Assembly: GCA_964532575.1 (NCBI GenBank)
Contig: CAZHIN010000001.1
Location: 21,294-80,963, forward strand
DNA from: an uncultured Acidimicrobium sp.
Lineage (GTDB): Bacteria > Actinomycetota > Acidimicrobiia > Acidimicrobiales > Ilumatobacteraceae
DNA: 59,670 bases
Direction of reading: 5' to 3'
Shown one piece after another: positions 37,242 to 45,986 of this stretch. The notes under the pieces are model-generated. The model saw only the letters and a program-made list of their open reading frames with translations, ran no database searches and was not told the origin of the DNA. Each line of letters begins with the position of its first letter. Position 1 is the first letter of the stretch. The position numbers and the translations under genes are program-made.

Positions 37242-37913
37242 GTGAACCAGATACAAATTGCGGCGCGTGTTGCCGAGTTGCGCGAACGAATTGCGCGTGC
37301 TGGGGGTATCGATGTTGGCATTGTGGCTGTTACAAAAAACTTCGGCGTTGATGCGTGGAACGATGCAAAATTTGCGGGGTGTGAGGCCGTCGGCGAAAAC
37401 TACGCGCAGGAACTGATTGCCAAATCGCACTTGGTTGCACGACCAGACAGATTGCCTGTGCATTTCATTGGGCAATTGCAAACCAACAAAATTAAGTCGT
37501 TGTTTGAGATTGTTGATGTGTGGCAGTCGGTGGATCGGGCTTCGGTTGTGACCGAACTGGCCAAACGCCAACAGGCACGCAACTCTGGCGGTCGATGCGA
37601 AATACTGTTGCAAGTCAATACCACCAGAGAAAATGGGAAGGGTGGATGTGATCCGACCGAGGTAGAGGCTCTGGCTCGTCAAGCCCGTGAGGGGGGACTC
37701 ACAGTGAGCGGATTGATGACGGTTGGCCCAACTGATATGGATCCAATAAAGACACGTATTGCATTTCGTTTGCTCAAGCAGATGGCGACCGACCTTGGGG
37801 TCGCCCAATTGTCAATGGGGATGACGGCAGACGTGGAAATTGCGATTGAAGAGGGGTCGACCTTGGTGAGGGTGGGAACAGCGCTATTTGGCCAACGTCC
37901 ACAATCGAACTAG
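37242..37913 (+). CDS. YggS/YlmE family pyridoxal-phosphate homeostasis protein
   Basis: 223 aa. Alanine-racemase-N fold with VAVTKNF (PLP Lys), HFIGQLQTNK, LSMGMT. Sits in the conserved slot downstream of ftsZ. Confidence 0.88.
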   Translation: MNQIQIAARVAELRERIARAGGIDVGIVAVTKNFGVDAWNDAKFAGCEAVGENYAQELIAKSHLVARPDRLPVHFIGQLQTNKIKSLFEIVDVWQSVDRASVVTELAKRQQARNSGGRCEILLQVNTTRENGKGGCDPTEVEALARQAREGGLTVSGLMTVGPTDMDPIKTRIAFRLLKQMATDLGVAQLSMGMTADVEIAIEEGSTLVRVGTALFGQRPQSN

Positions 37914-37936
37914 TCAGTTGTTGTAACCTTTATCTG

Positions 37937-38494
37937 ATGTCAATGTTTCGACGCGCAATGGACTATCTCGGTCTCGGACCAGATGACGCCTATGACGACT
38001 ACGACGCTTCCATTGCGGTAGAGCGTCCGGCTGCTCGCGGTCCACGTGGTGCGTCAACTGTGCGGCGTCCACAACCACAGCAATTTGATGATGACTACGA
38101 AGACGAAGTGGATGATGATTACGAAGAGGCACCACGTCCTCGTCCAACCCGTGCAACATCGCAGCGCGCCCAAGCCCAACGCGATGACTCAAGCGTGCAA
38201 CTGCGACCAAGCACTGGCGCAAGCACCGGGGGCACTGTGCGCAAATTGACACAGACAACTGCTGAACCAGTTGCTATTCGTCCGACTCGCTACGACCAAG
38301 CAAAAGATATTGCAGATTTGCTCAGGTCTGGACAGCCTGTTGCGATGAATATCGGCGCAGCAGATTCGGAAATCGCGCGACGTTTAATTGATTTTGCAAG
38401 TGGAATGACGTATGGCATCGAAGGCAAAATGGAAAAGATTGCACCAGGTGTATTTTTGCTCACACCTCGTGGCACGCGCGTTATTCGTGACTGA
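37937..38494 (+). CDS. sepF: Cell division protein SepF
   Basis: N-terminal amphipathic MSMFRRAMDYLGL, an acidic linker, and a conserved C-terminal core (RPTRYDQAKDIADLLRSGQPVAMN...FLLTP). Confidence 0.88.
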   Translation: MSMFRRAMDYLGLGPDDAYDDYDASIAVERPAARGPRGASTVRRPQPQQFDDDYEDEVDDDYEEAPRPRPTRATSQRAQAQRDDSSVQLRPSTGASTGGTVRKLTQTTAEPVAIRPTRYDQAKDIADLLRSGQPVAMNIGAADSEIARRLIDFASGMTYGIEGKMEKIAPGVFLLTPRGTRVIRD

Positions 38495-38738
38495 AATTCT
38501 TTGCTCTCTTGTAGGTCTCTACACGTACCTGATTATCGGACGAGTGATTCTTTCGTGGTTTCCAGCCAACCCAAACGGGCCACTTGGTCAGGTTGTGCGA
38601 GTTGTGATGATGCTGACCGATCCGGTGCTACTGCCAGTTAGGCGAGCATTGCCCCTTGCTGGTCCACTTGATCTTTCGCCCCTTGTGGTGTTGCTGTTTT
38701 TACAGATCGTTGTGCAAGGCATGTTGCTTCGCTGCTAG
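38487..38738 (+). CDS. YggT/YlmG family membrane protein
   Basis: About 83 aa starting at GTG 38487 (overlaps the sepF end by 8 nt). YLIIGRVILSWFP is the typical YggT motif. Sits in the sepF-yggT slot. Confidence 0.75.
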   Translation: MTEILCSLVGLYTYLIIGRVILSWFPANPNGPLGQVVRVVMMLTDPVLLPVRRALPLAGPLDLSPLVVLLFLQIVVQGMLLRC

Positions 38739-38781
38739 GCATCAAGCCAGTAGCACGCATTTGCCTTTACAATGACGCACC

Positions 38782-39261
38782 GTGACATATCCAAAGGTTG
38801 ATCCTCAACCGAACTTTCCGGCACTCGAAAACGAGACGCTCGCTTTCTGGGCTGCTGACGGCACCTTTCAGGCGTCCATCGATCAACGTGACGCTGGCAA
38901 AAATGGTGAGAACGAATATGTCTTTTATGATGGGCCGCCGTTTGCCAACGGCTTGCCACACTATGGTCACTTGCTCACCGGGTTTGTTAAAGATGCGGTT
39001 CCCCGATATCAAACGATGCAGGGCAAGCGAGTCGAGCGTCGTTTCGGATGGGATTGCCACGGGTTGCCAGCCGAGGCAGAAGCAGAGCGTCAATTAGAAA
39101 TTTCTGGCCGACAAGCGATCACCGATTTTGGTATCGACAAATTTAATCAGTACTGCAAAGAGTCGGTGCTGCGCTACACCAGCGACTGGGAGCGATATGT
39201 AACGCGTCAGGCCAGGTGGGTTGACTTTGCTATGGATTACAAAACTCTCGAGGTGTCGTAA
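38782..39261 (+). CDS. ileS: Isoleucyl-tRNA synthetase, N-terminal fragment (159 codons, ends at an in-frame TAA)
   Basis: Type-2 IleS N-terminus with the HIGH motif ([13 protein letters not shown]). It is in the same reading frame as the next ORF, separated only by TAA at 39259-39261. Confidence 0.85.
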   Translation: MTYPKVDPQPNFPALENETLAFWAADGTFQASIDQRDAGKNGENEYVFYDGPPFANGLPHYGHLLTGFVKDAVPRYQTMQGKRVERRFGWDCHGLPAEAEAERQLEISGRQAITDFGIDKFNQYCKESVLRYTSDWERYVTRQARWVDFAMDYKTLEVS

Positions 39262-41880
39262 ATGGAAAGTGTGATGTGGGCATTTAAGACACTGTGGGAC
39301 AAGGGTTTGATTTACGAAGGGTTTCGTGTGTTGCCATATTCGTGGGCACTCGAGACGCCATTATCCAATACCGAAACGCGGATGGACGATGCCTACAAGC
39401 AGGTGCAAGACCCGGCATTGACCGTTGCATTTGTACTTGAAACTGGCGAATCGTTGTTGGCGTGGACGACGACGCCGTGGACATTGCCGAGCAACCTTGC
39501 ACTTGCGGTTGCTCCTGATGTGAGTTATGTGCGAGTGCGTCATAACGGAACTGTGTACCTGTTGGCCGAAGCACGACTTGGTGCATATGAAAAGGAATTA
39601 GAAGGCGCCGAGGTGCTTGACACCGTGCTTGGATCGGCATTAGTCGGTCGCACATACACGCCGATGTTCTCGTACTTTGCCGATCAGCCTGGCGCGTTTC
39701 GGGTGATCGCAGGAGATTTTGTAACAACCGAGGATGGCACTGGAGTTGTGCATCTTGCGCCGGGCTTTGGCGAAGACGACCAACGCGTGTGCAGTGAAAA
39801 CGGTATTGGGCTTGTGGTGCCGGTTGACAGTCGCGGATTATTTACGAGCGAAGTGCCCGACTTTCAAGGGATGTTGGTGTTTGATGCCAACCCGTTGATT
39901 ATTCGCGAACTGAAATCACGCGCAGTGGTGTTGCGTCACGAAACATACGACCACGCTTATCCACATTGTTGGCGTACCGGAAAGCCGCTGATCTATAAAG
40001 CGGTGAGCTCGTGGTTTGTCAATGTGACGGCTGTAAAAGAGCGCATGGTTGCATTGAATGAGCAGATCACGTGGGTGCCCGAGCACCTGCAACACGGAAG
40101 TTTTGGTAAGTGGCTCGAGAACGCGCGCGATTGGACAATTAGTCGCAACCGCTTTTGGGGTTCACCAATTCCGGTGTGGCGCAGCGATGACCCTGCCTAT
40201 CCGCGCATCGATGTGTATGGCAGTCTTGCCGAACTTGAGCGCGATTTTGGTGTCACGGTGACCGAACTGCATCGTCCTGTTGTTGATGACTTGGTGCGTG
40301 CGAACCCGGACGACCCAACAGGCAAGTCAATGATGCGCAGAGTGCCCGAAGTGCTCGACTGTTGGTTTGAGAGCGGATCAATGCCGTTTGCGCAAGTGCA
40401 TTATCCATTTGAAAATCAGGAATGGTTTGATCAGCACTATCCAGGCGACTTCATTGTTGAATACATCGGTCAGACGCGTGGCTGGTTCTACACGTTGCAC
40501 GTGTTGGCTACAGCGTTGTTTGATCGTCCCGCTTTTTCAACATGTGTCAGCCACGGAATTGTGTTAGGTGACGATGGTGCGAAGATGTCAAAGAGTCTGC
40601 GCAACTATCCAGACCCGATGAATGTGTTCGATACCTATGGCGCTGATGCAATGCGTTGGTATCTGCTTTCGTCTTCAATTTTGCGTGGATCAGATTTTGC
40701 AGTGACCGAAGAGGGTATTCGCGACACTGTGCGACAGGTGATGCTGCCATTGTGGAACAGCTGGTATTTTTTATCGCTCTATGCCAACGCAGAGTCAATG
40801 ACTGGAGAAGTGCGCTACGACTCGACAAACGTGATGGACAGATACGTGTTTTCGAAATTGAAGCGTTTGATTGAAGACACAACCGTGTCAATGGACCAAT
40901 ACGACATTTTTAGTGCGTGTCAGCAAGTGCGATCGTTTTTGGATGTGTTGACCAACTGGTACATACGTCGCAGTCGCGATCGTTTTTGGAAAGGCGACAA
41001 AGATGCGATTGACACATTGCACACGGTGTTGCACGTGCTTACGCGCATTGCCGCGCCGCTGCTGCCATTAACAACAGAAAAGATTTATAAAGAACTCACG
41101 GGCGAGAGAAGCGTGCACCTTGAGGATTGGCCTGACGCGAGCATCGTGCCATCTGACAACCAACTAGAAGTGGTGATGGATCAAGTGCGCGATGTATGTT
41201 CGACAACGTTGTCGTTGCGCAAAGTGCACTCGCGCCGTGTGCGTCTGCCACTTGCCGAACTTACTGTTGCTTCGCCACTGGCCAATGCATTGCAATCTTT
41301 CGTCTCAATCATCACCGATGAAGTCAACGTGCATCACGTGACGCTGACAACCGAACTTGGAAAAGTAGCCAAGCATGAATTGCAATTAATTCCTGCTGCG
41401 CTCGGGCCTCGCCTTGGCGCAAACACGCAAAAAGTGATTGTGGCGGTGAAGAAAGGTGATTGGTCGATAAATGGTGACGAGGTGATCGCCGGCGGCGTTG
41501 CACTCGAGCCACATGAGTTTCAGGTGAAATTGGTGGCCGCTGTTGGTGACACCGACTCGGTAGCAAGTGCAGCCTTGGCTGACGGTCAGGGAATTGTGTT
41601 GCTCGATATTGAATTGACCGAAGCATTGTTGGCCGAGGGCGCTGCTCGAGACATTGTGCGAATGGTGCAACAGGCTCGGCGAGAAGCAGGGTTGGCGGTT
41701 TCCGATCGCATTGTGCTCACTCTGGGATTGTCGGCGTTGCTGCAGTCGCAAGTTTCCCAATTTGAGACATATATCGCTTCTGAGACCCTGGCACAGCGGA
41801 TTGAGTGGGTTTCAGGCCTCGAGCCAACTGGAGATTTGGACGGGAATCCCGTCCATATAGGTGTCGATCAAGTACGGTAA
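39262..41880 (+). CDS. ileS: Isoleucyl-tRNA synthetase, remainder (872 codons: CP1 editing, KMSKS, anticodon-binding domains)
   Basis: Begins MESVMWAFKTLWDKGLIYEGFRVLPYSW, contains KMSKS (GAKMSKSL). Together with the upstream fragment it gives about 1032 aa, the normal type-2 IleS length. Confidence 0.9.
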   Translation: MESVMWAFKTLWDKGLIYEGFRVLPYSWALETPLSNTETRMDDAYKQVQDPALTVAFVLETGESLLAWTTTPWTLPSNLALAVAPDVSYVRVRHNGTVYLLAEARLGAYEKELEGAEVLDTVLGSALVGRTYTPMFSYFADQPGAFRVIAGDFVTTEDGTGVVHLAPGFGEDDQRVCSENGIGLVVPVDSRGLFTSEVPDFQGMLVFDANPLIIRELKSRAVVLRHETYDHAYPHCWRTGKPLIYKAVSSWFVNVTAVKERMVALNEQITWVPEHLQHGSFGKWLENARDWTISRNRFWGSPIPVWRSDDPAYPRIDVYGSLAELERDFGVTVTELHRPVVDDLVRANPDDPTGKSMMRRVPEVLDCWFESGSMPFAQVHYPFENQEWFDQHYPGDFIVEYIGQTRGWFYTLHVLATALFDRPAFSTCVSHGIVLGDDGAKMSKSLRNYPDPMNVFDTYGADAMRWYLLSSSILRGSDFAVTEEGIRDTVRQVMLPLWNSWYFLSLYANAESMTGEVRYDSTNVMDRYVFSKLKRLIEDTTVSMDQYDIFSACQQVRSFLDVLTNWYIRRSRDRFWKGDKDAIDTLHTVLHVLTRIAAPLLPLTTEKIYKELTGERSVHLEDWPDASIVPSDNQLEVVMDQVRDVCSTTLSLRKVHSRRVRLPLAELTVASPLANALQSFVSIITDEVNVHHVTLTTELGKVAKHELQLIPAALGPRLGANTQKVIVAVKKGDWSINGDEVIAGGVALEPHEFQVKLVAAVGDTDSVASAALADGQGIVLLDIELTEALLAEGAARDIVRMVQQARREAGLAVSDRIVLTLGLSALLQSQVSQFETYIASETLAQRIEWVSGLEPTGDLDGNPVHIGVDQVR

Positions 41881-41903
41881 AGCGCCAAGTTCGAGAGGGA
41901 AAT

Positions 41904-42932
41904 ATGCCATCAGCATCAGCAAAGAAAAAGGCTCTAGCCAAGAAGAAAGCCGATCTGGCTAAGAAAAAGGCTCTAGCCATGAAAAAGGCTCAAGCCAAGA
42001 AGAAATCCGCACAAAAGGCTCTAGCCAAGAAGAAAGCCGATCTGGCTAAAAAAAATGCAGCCGCCAAAAAGATCGCTGCACAAAAGGCTCTAGCCAAGAA
42101 GAAAGCTGAACTGGCAAAGAAAACTGCCGCGCAGAAAAAACTAGCAGCGCAGAAAGCACAAGCACTGAAGAAGGCCGAGTTGGCAAAGAAGCTTGCTGCC
42201 AAAAAAGCCGCTGATGCGGCACGCAAGAAGGCGATGCGAGAAAAAGAAATTGAGCGCAAAAAAATTGCTGCTCAACGCAAAAAAGATTTGGCATTACAGC
42301 AAAAGATGAAGGCCATTGCAGCCAAAGAGGCTGCTAAGGAAAAGGCGCGTGTCGCTGCAGAAAAGTTGGCTCTCAAACTTGCCAAAGAAGCCGAGAAGAT
42401 TCGTCTCCGAGAAGAAAAAGAAGCTGCTCGACTTGCGTTGATCGCAGAAAAAGAGGCAGCACGCGAGGCCGCTCTGCGCGCTAAGCGCAAACCAGAGCCT
42501 CCACCACGTCCACCGATCATCAAGACCGAATTTGCCGACGGTATTCAGGCGACAAAAGATTTTGATCTGAAGTTCCTGGCTGGTCAACGCGAGATGATGC
42601 TGGAAAAGAAGGCTGTGCTCTTGCGCCAGGCTCTGCGACTTGACGACGAGGCCAACTCGCTCATTCAAGACGTGGAAATGGGCGATGTGCAATTTGACGA
42701 AGAGGGCGGCGAAGGCGACACCATGGTTGTTGAGCGCTCTCGCGATCTGATGCTCTCGGCACAGGCGAGGCAGATTGTTGAAGAATTGGATGCCGCACTC
42801 GAGCGAATCAAGACAGGTGAGTACGGCTATTCGGTGCACAGCGGTCTGGCGATTCCGCGCGAGCGTCTCAAGGCGATTCCGGAAACCACCGAGTCGGTTC
42901 TTGAGCGTGTCGGTGGCATCGGCCGTCGATGA
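41904..42932 (+). CDS. Histone H1-like Lys/Ala-repeat domain fused to a DksA/TraR-like C-terminal domain (DdbA-like)
   Basis: ATG 41904 is preceded by GAGAGGGA. About 200 aa of AKKKA/LAKK repeats are followed by a coiled coil and the DksA/TraR-type tail IKTGEYGYSVHSGLAIPRERLKAIPETTESV. ileS-X-lspA-rluD synteny matches what I recall for Streptomyces. Confidence 0.7.
   Translation: MPSASAKKKALAKKKADLAKKKALAMKKAQAKKKSAQKALAKKKADLAKKNAAAKKIAAQKALAKKKAELAKKTAAQKKLAAQKAQALKKAELAKKLAAKKAADAARKKAMREKEIERKKIAAQRKKDLALQQKMKAIAAKEAAKEKARVAAEKLALKLAKEAEKIRLREEKEAARLALIAEKEAAREAALRAKRKPEPPPRPPIIKTEFADGIQATKDFDLKFLAGQREMMLEKKAVLLRQALRLDDEANSLIQDVEMGDVQFDEEGGEGDTMVVERSRDLMLSAQARQIVEELDAALERIKTGEYGYSVHSGLAIPRERLKAIPETTESVLERVGGIGRR
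41910..42480. repeat. In-frame low-complexity coding repeats (Lys/Ala/Glu codons)
   Basis: An exact 35-bp duplicate aaggctctagccaagaagaaagccgatctggctaa occurs at 41928-41962 and 42015-42049, with a partial third copy from 42083. The long antisense shadow ORFs here are artefacts of this composition. Confidence 0.7.
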
Positions 42933-43465
42933 TCGACGCCAATCCAGAACCAATTCATGACCCGCAGTCGGGCAGCCGATTTATGGTGAGAGCAACGCGC
43001 TTGAGTCTGTTGATATCGGCATTCGTCGTGTTGTTAGATCAGTCGCTCAAGGCTTGGGCACTTCGAGATCTTGCCGATGGTCGCGTGATTCATGTGGTTT
43101 GGACGATGCAGTTCAATCTGACATACAACCGAGGAATGGCGTTTTCACGAGGCACTGGCATCGGTCCGATAATTGGAGTCATCGGCTTGGTCGTTGTGGT
43201 GTTGTTGCTGCTCTCGTTGCGCAGAGCCGACAATGCCCTCACACGCGTGGCAACGGGTTTGATTATTGGTGGGGCAATCGGAAACATTGTCGATCGCCTG
43301 TTTCGTGGGTCGGGTTGGATGCGTGGGGCTGTTATCGACTTCATAGATTTTCAATGGTGGCCAGTTTTTAACGTTGCTGACATGGCAATCATGATCGGAG
43401 CCGCGACAATGATTGTGGCAATGATGAAGTACAACTCTCAAGTCAATCGAACGGATGTCCACTAG
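42929..43465 (+). CDS. lspA: Lipoprotein signal peptidase (signal peptidase II)
   Basis: 178 aa, four TM segments, NRGMAFS and FNVADMAIMIGA motifs. The start overlaps the upstream stop (ATGA). Confidence 0.9.
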   Translation: MIDANPEPIHDPQSGSRFMVRATRLSLLISAFVVLLDQSLKAWALRDLADGRVIHVVWTMQFNLTYNRGMAFSRGTGIGPIIGVIGLVVVVLLLLSLRRADNALTRVATGLIIGGAIGNIVDRLFRGSGWMRGAVIDFIDFQWWPVFNVADMAIMIGAATMIVAMMKYNSQVNRTDVH

Positions 43466-44379
43466 TGCTGAACGAAATTATTCCTGCAGCGCTCAATGAC
43501 CAACGTTTGGATCGCATCGTTGCATTGATTGCCGATGTCAGTCGTGCCTCTGCGGCGTCGCTCATCGTGGCCGGTGGAGTGGTGGTCGACGGCGTGCGTG
43601 CCGAGACGGGCAAGACCAAGATTGCTGAAGGTCAGTCAATCGTGATTGACACTGCATTGCTGCCAAAAAAAGAGTTGCCAACTGCCGATGCAACCGTGAT
43701 CTTGGATGTTGTCTACGAAGACGCTGATGTCGTGGTGATCAACAAGCGCGCGGGCCTCGTTGTTCATCCGGGTGCTGGCAATCCCACCGGCACCATGGTC
43801 AACGGCGCACTTGCTCTGTTTCCCGAAATGGCATCTGCTGGCGATCCACTGCGTCCTGGCGTTGTGCATCGGTTGGATGCTGGCACTACAGGGCTGATGG
43901 TGATGGCAAAAACGCAGGTGGCCTACGAGGCGTTGGTCGAGGCGTTGTCGAAGCGCGAAGTCAAGCGCACGTATTTGGCACTTGTGTGGGGGCACCCAAC
44001 TGTTTTGTCGGGAACTATCGATGCTCCCATCGGTCGAGATCAGAAAGATCCGACGCGCATGGGTGTTGTTGTTGATGGCAAGGCTGCGCGAACGCGTTTT
44101 GAAGTGAAGAAGAAGTTTGATCTGCCGTTGCCGAGCTCATTGGTCGAATGCAATCTAGAAACTGGCAGAACGCACCAAATCAGAGTTCATCTCGAATCGA
44201 TTGGCCATCCTGTCGTCGGTGACTCAACATACGGTGGTGCGCGCAGTTCGCTGTCGGCACCACGCCCAATGCTGCACGCTGCGCAATTAGCATTCGTGCA
44301 TCCGGTGAGCGCACAATCAATGTCGTTTGAAGCCGACATGCCCGACGACATGAAAGCATTGCTTGCACGTTGTAGCTAA
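43465..44379 (+). CDS. rluD: RluA-family 23S rRNA pseudouridine synthase (RluD-like)
   Basis: S4-like N-terminus and the catalytic motif HRLDAGTTGLMVMAK. lspA-rluD synteny. Confidence 0.9.
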   Translation: MLNEIIPAALNDQRLDRIVALIADVSRASAASLIVAGGVVVDGVRAETGKTKIAEGQSIVIDTALLPKKELPTADATVILDVVYEDADVVVINKRAGLVVHPGAGNPTGTMVNGALALFPEMASAGDPLRPGVVHRLDAGTTGLMVMAKTQVAYEALVEALSKREVKRTYLALVWGHPTVLSGTIDAPIGRDQKDPTRMGVVVDGKAARTRFEVKKKFDLPLPSSLVECNLETGRTHQIRVHLESIGHPVVGDSTYGGARSSLSAPRPMLHAAQLAFVHPVSAQSMSFEADMPDDMKALLARCS

Positions 44380-44399
44380 ATGCACTATCAGCAATTGAT

Positions 44400-44846
44400 T
44401 TAGTGATGTAGCTGTGGCCAAGGCGATGTGCCTTTTGCAGCCGAAGCGATTTTGGCCAACGTGTAATCGTCGAGGTGTTCACGCATATGTTCGCCGGCAA
44501 CATTCCAAATAGCCAGCAACACACAATGACCTTCGTGGTCGCAAGAACCGTCTTGGTGTGGTTTTCCAAAATCGCCAAGACTGATCGGTCCGTCTGCAGC
44601 AGCAATTATTTGTGAGAGCAAAATTTCTTCTGGTGGTCGAGCAAGCGTGTATCCACCACCAACACCGCGTTTGGATTTGACGAGTCCTGCACCCTTGAGC
44701 ACTAAAAGAATCTGCTCAAGGTAAGGCTGTGGAAGTGCGGTGCGCGTAGCAATGTCACGCACCGAAGTTGGGCCTGGCTCACCTTCGTGGAGGGCAAGAG
44801 ACAATAGAGCGCGACATGCGTAGTCGCCCCGAGTAGATACACGCAC
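44400..44846 (-). CDS. Rrf2 family transcriptional regulator
   Basis: 148 aa. MRVSTRGDYACRALLSLA and a winged HTH (LVKSKRGVGGGYTLARP). Confidence 0.88.
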   Translation of the reverse strand: MRVSTRGDYACRALLSLALHEGEPGPTSVRDIATRTALPQPYLEQILLVLKGAGLVKSKRGVGGGYTLARPPEEILLSQIIAAADGPISLGDFGKPHQDGSCDHEGHCVLLAIWNVAGEHMREHLDDYTLAKIASAAKGTSPWPQLHH

Positions 44847-44864
44847 GGTTGTAGTGTAGATCGC

Positions 44865-45974
44865 GTGTCAGATCCAACGCTTCCTCAGTATTCGAGAGGT
44901 TGCATCTCCAGCATTATTCCAAGCCTGCTCGGGCCGCGGGGTACTGACACGGTGCCTGCGTGGATGCCTCAGGTAGTGCAGGGTGCAAACCAAGTTGTAT
45001 TGCTTGTTATCGATGGTCTTGGCTGGCATCAGTTACAAAGCAACATTGTGCATGCACCAACTCTCGCGTCAATGCAGGGTGGAATGATCACGACCGTTGC
45101 TCCATCAACAACAGTGACGGCGTTGACGTCAATCGCAACGGGTTTGACACCAGGTGAACACGGTCTCATGGGGTATCGCATGGACATGGGGCGCCATGTG
45201 ATGCAGATGTTGCGTTGGGGCGATGAGAAGGGTGATCTGCGCACGACCTATCCACCAGAGATGGTGCAACCGTGCCCTCCGTTTATGGGAGCGTCAGTGC
45301 CAGTGTTGAGCAAAGCAGAACTTGAAGGTTCTGCATTTACTGAAGCGCACCTTCGGGGCTCACGACCGATGGGATGGCGATCGTCGTCGAGTATTGCAGT
45401 GCAGGTGGGGCAGTTGTTGCGCGCAGATCAAAAATTTATTTACGCCTATTACGACGGTGTTGACAAAATTGCTCACGAGCGTGGCTTTGGCGAGTACTAC
45501 AACGCAGAACTTCGTCAGGCAGACCGCTTGGTGGCAGATGTGCAGAACCAACTCACGCCTGGGAGTGTGTTGATCGTGACTGCCGATCACGGTCAGGTGC
45601 ACATTGGTGATGCATCGATCACGCCACCGCGAGAATTATTAGATCACGTGGCCTATCAGTCGGGCGAGGGCAGGTTTCGTTGGCTACACGCGCGCAATGG
45701 TGCAACGCAGTCGCTGTTTGCAACTGCCAAGGATCTTTACGGCGATGTCGCATGGGTCGTCACTCGCGACGAGACGATTGACAACGGCTGGTTTGGTCCG
45801 CGTGTGACAGACGTTGCGCGCAAGCGACTCGGCGATGTTGCTCTGGTGCCGTTTGAAGACGTGAGTTTTCATGAGCCAAATGACACTGGCCCGTATCAAC
45901 TGGTTTGTCGACATGGTTCGCTGACAGCAGCAGAAATGCATGTTCCGCTGTTGGCAACTGCATGTCAAGCGTGA
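44865..45974 (+). CDS. Alkaline phosphatase superfamily protein (type I phosphodiesterase/nucleotide pyrophosphatase-like)
   Basis: VLLVIDGLGWHQL, APSTTVTALTSIATGLTPGEHG, TADHGQ are metal-ligand motifs of the AP superfamily. The start is uncertain: GTG 44865 lies only 18 nt from the divergent Rrf2 start, and ATG 44964 is an alternative. Confidence 0.75.
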   Translation: MSDPTLPQYSRGCISSIIPSLLGPRGTDTVPAWMPQVVQGANQVVLLVIDGLGWHQLQSNIVHAPTLASMQGGMITTVAPSTTVTALTSIATGLTPGEHGLMGYRMDMGRHVMQMLRWGDEKGDLRTTYPPEMVQPCPPFMGASVPVLSKAELEGSAFTEAHLRGSRPMGWRSSSSIAVQVGQLLRADQKFIYAYYDGVDKIAHERGFGEYYNAELRQADRLVADVQNQLTPGSVLIVTADHGQVHIGDASITPPRELLDHVAYQSGEGRFRWLHARNGATQSLFATAKDLYGDVAWVVTRDETIDNGWFGPRVTDVARKRLGDVALVPFEDVSFHEPNDTGPYQLVCRHGSLTAAEMHVPLLATACQA

Positions 45975-45986
45975 GATAATGCAATC

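Noticed and set aside
38739-38781. Looked for the T-box leader reported upstream of actinobacterial ileS
   Set aside because: Only 43 nt separate the yggT stop from the ileS GTG. That is too short for a Stem I, specifier and antiterminator architecture, and I saw no T-box sequence.
39259-39261. In-frame stop in ileS as selenocysteine or pyrrolysine recoding, or a reassigned genetic code
   Set aside because: The codon is TAA, not TGA or TAG. No other gene in the window needs an in-frame TAA to be read through, and many genes here terminate at TAA.
41910-42480. Repetitive DNA considered as a CRISPR array, satellite or mobile repeat
   Set aside because: The repeats are in frame and encode AKKA-type peptide repeats within a single ORF. 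There is no repeat-spacer periodicity, no cas genes and no terminal inverted repeats.
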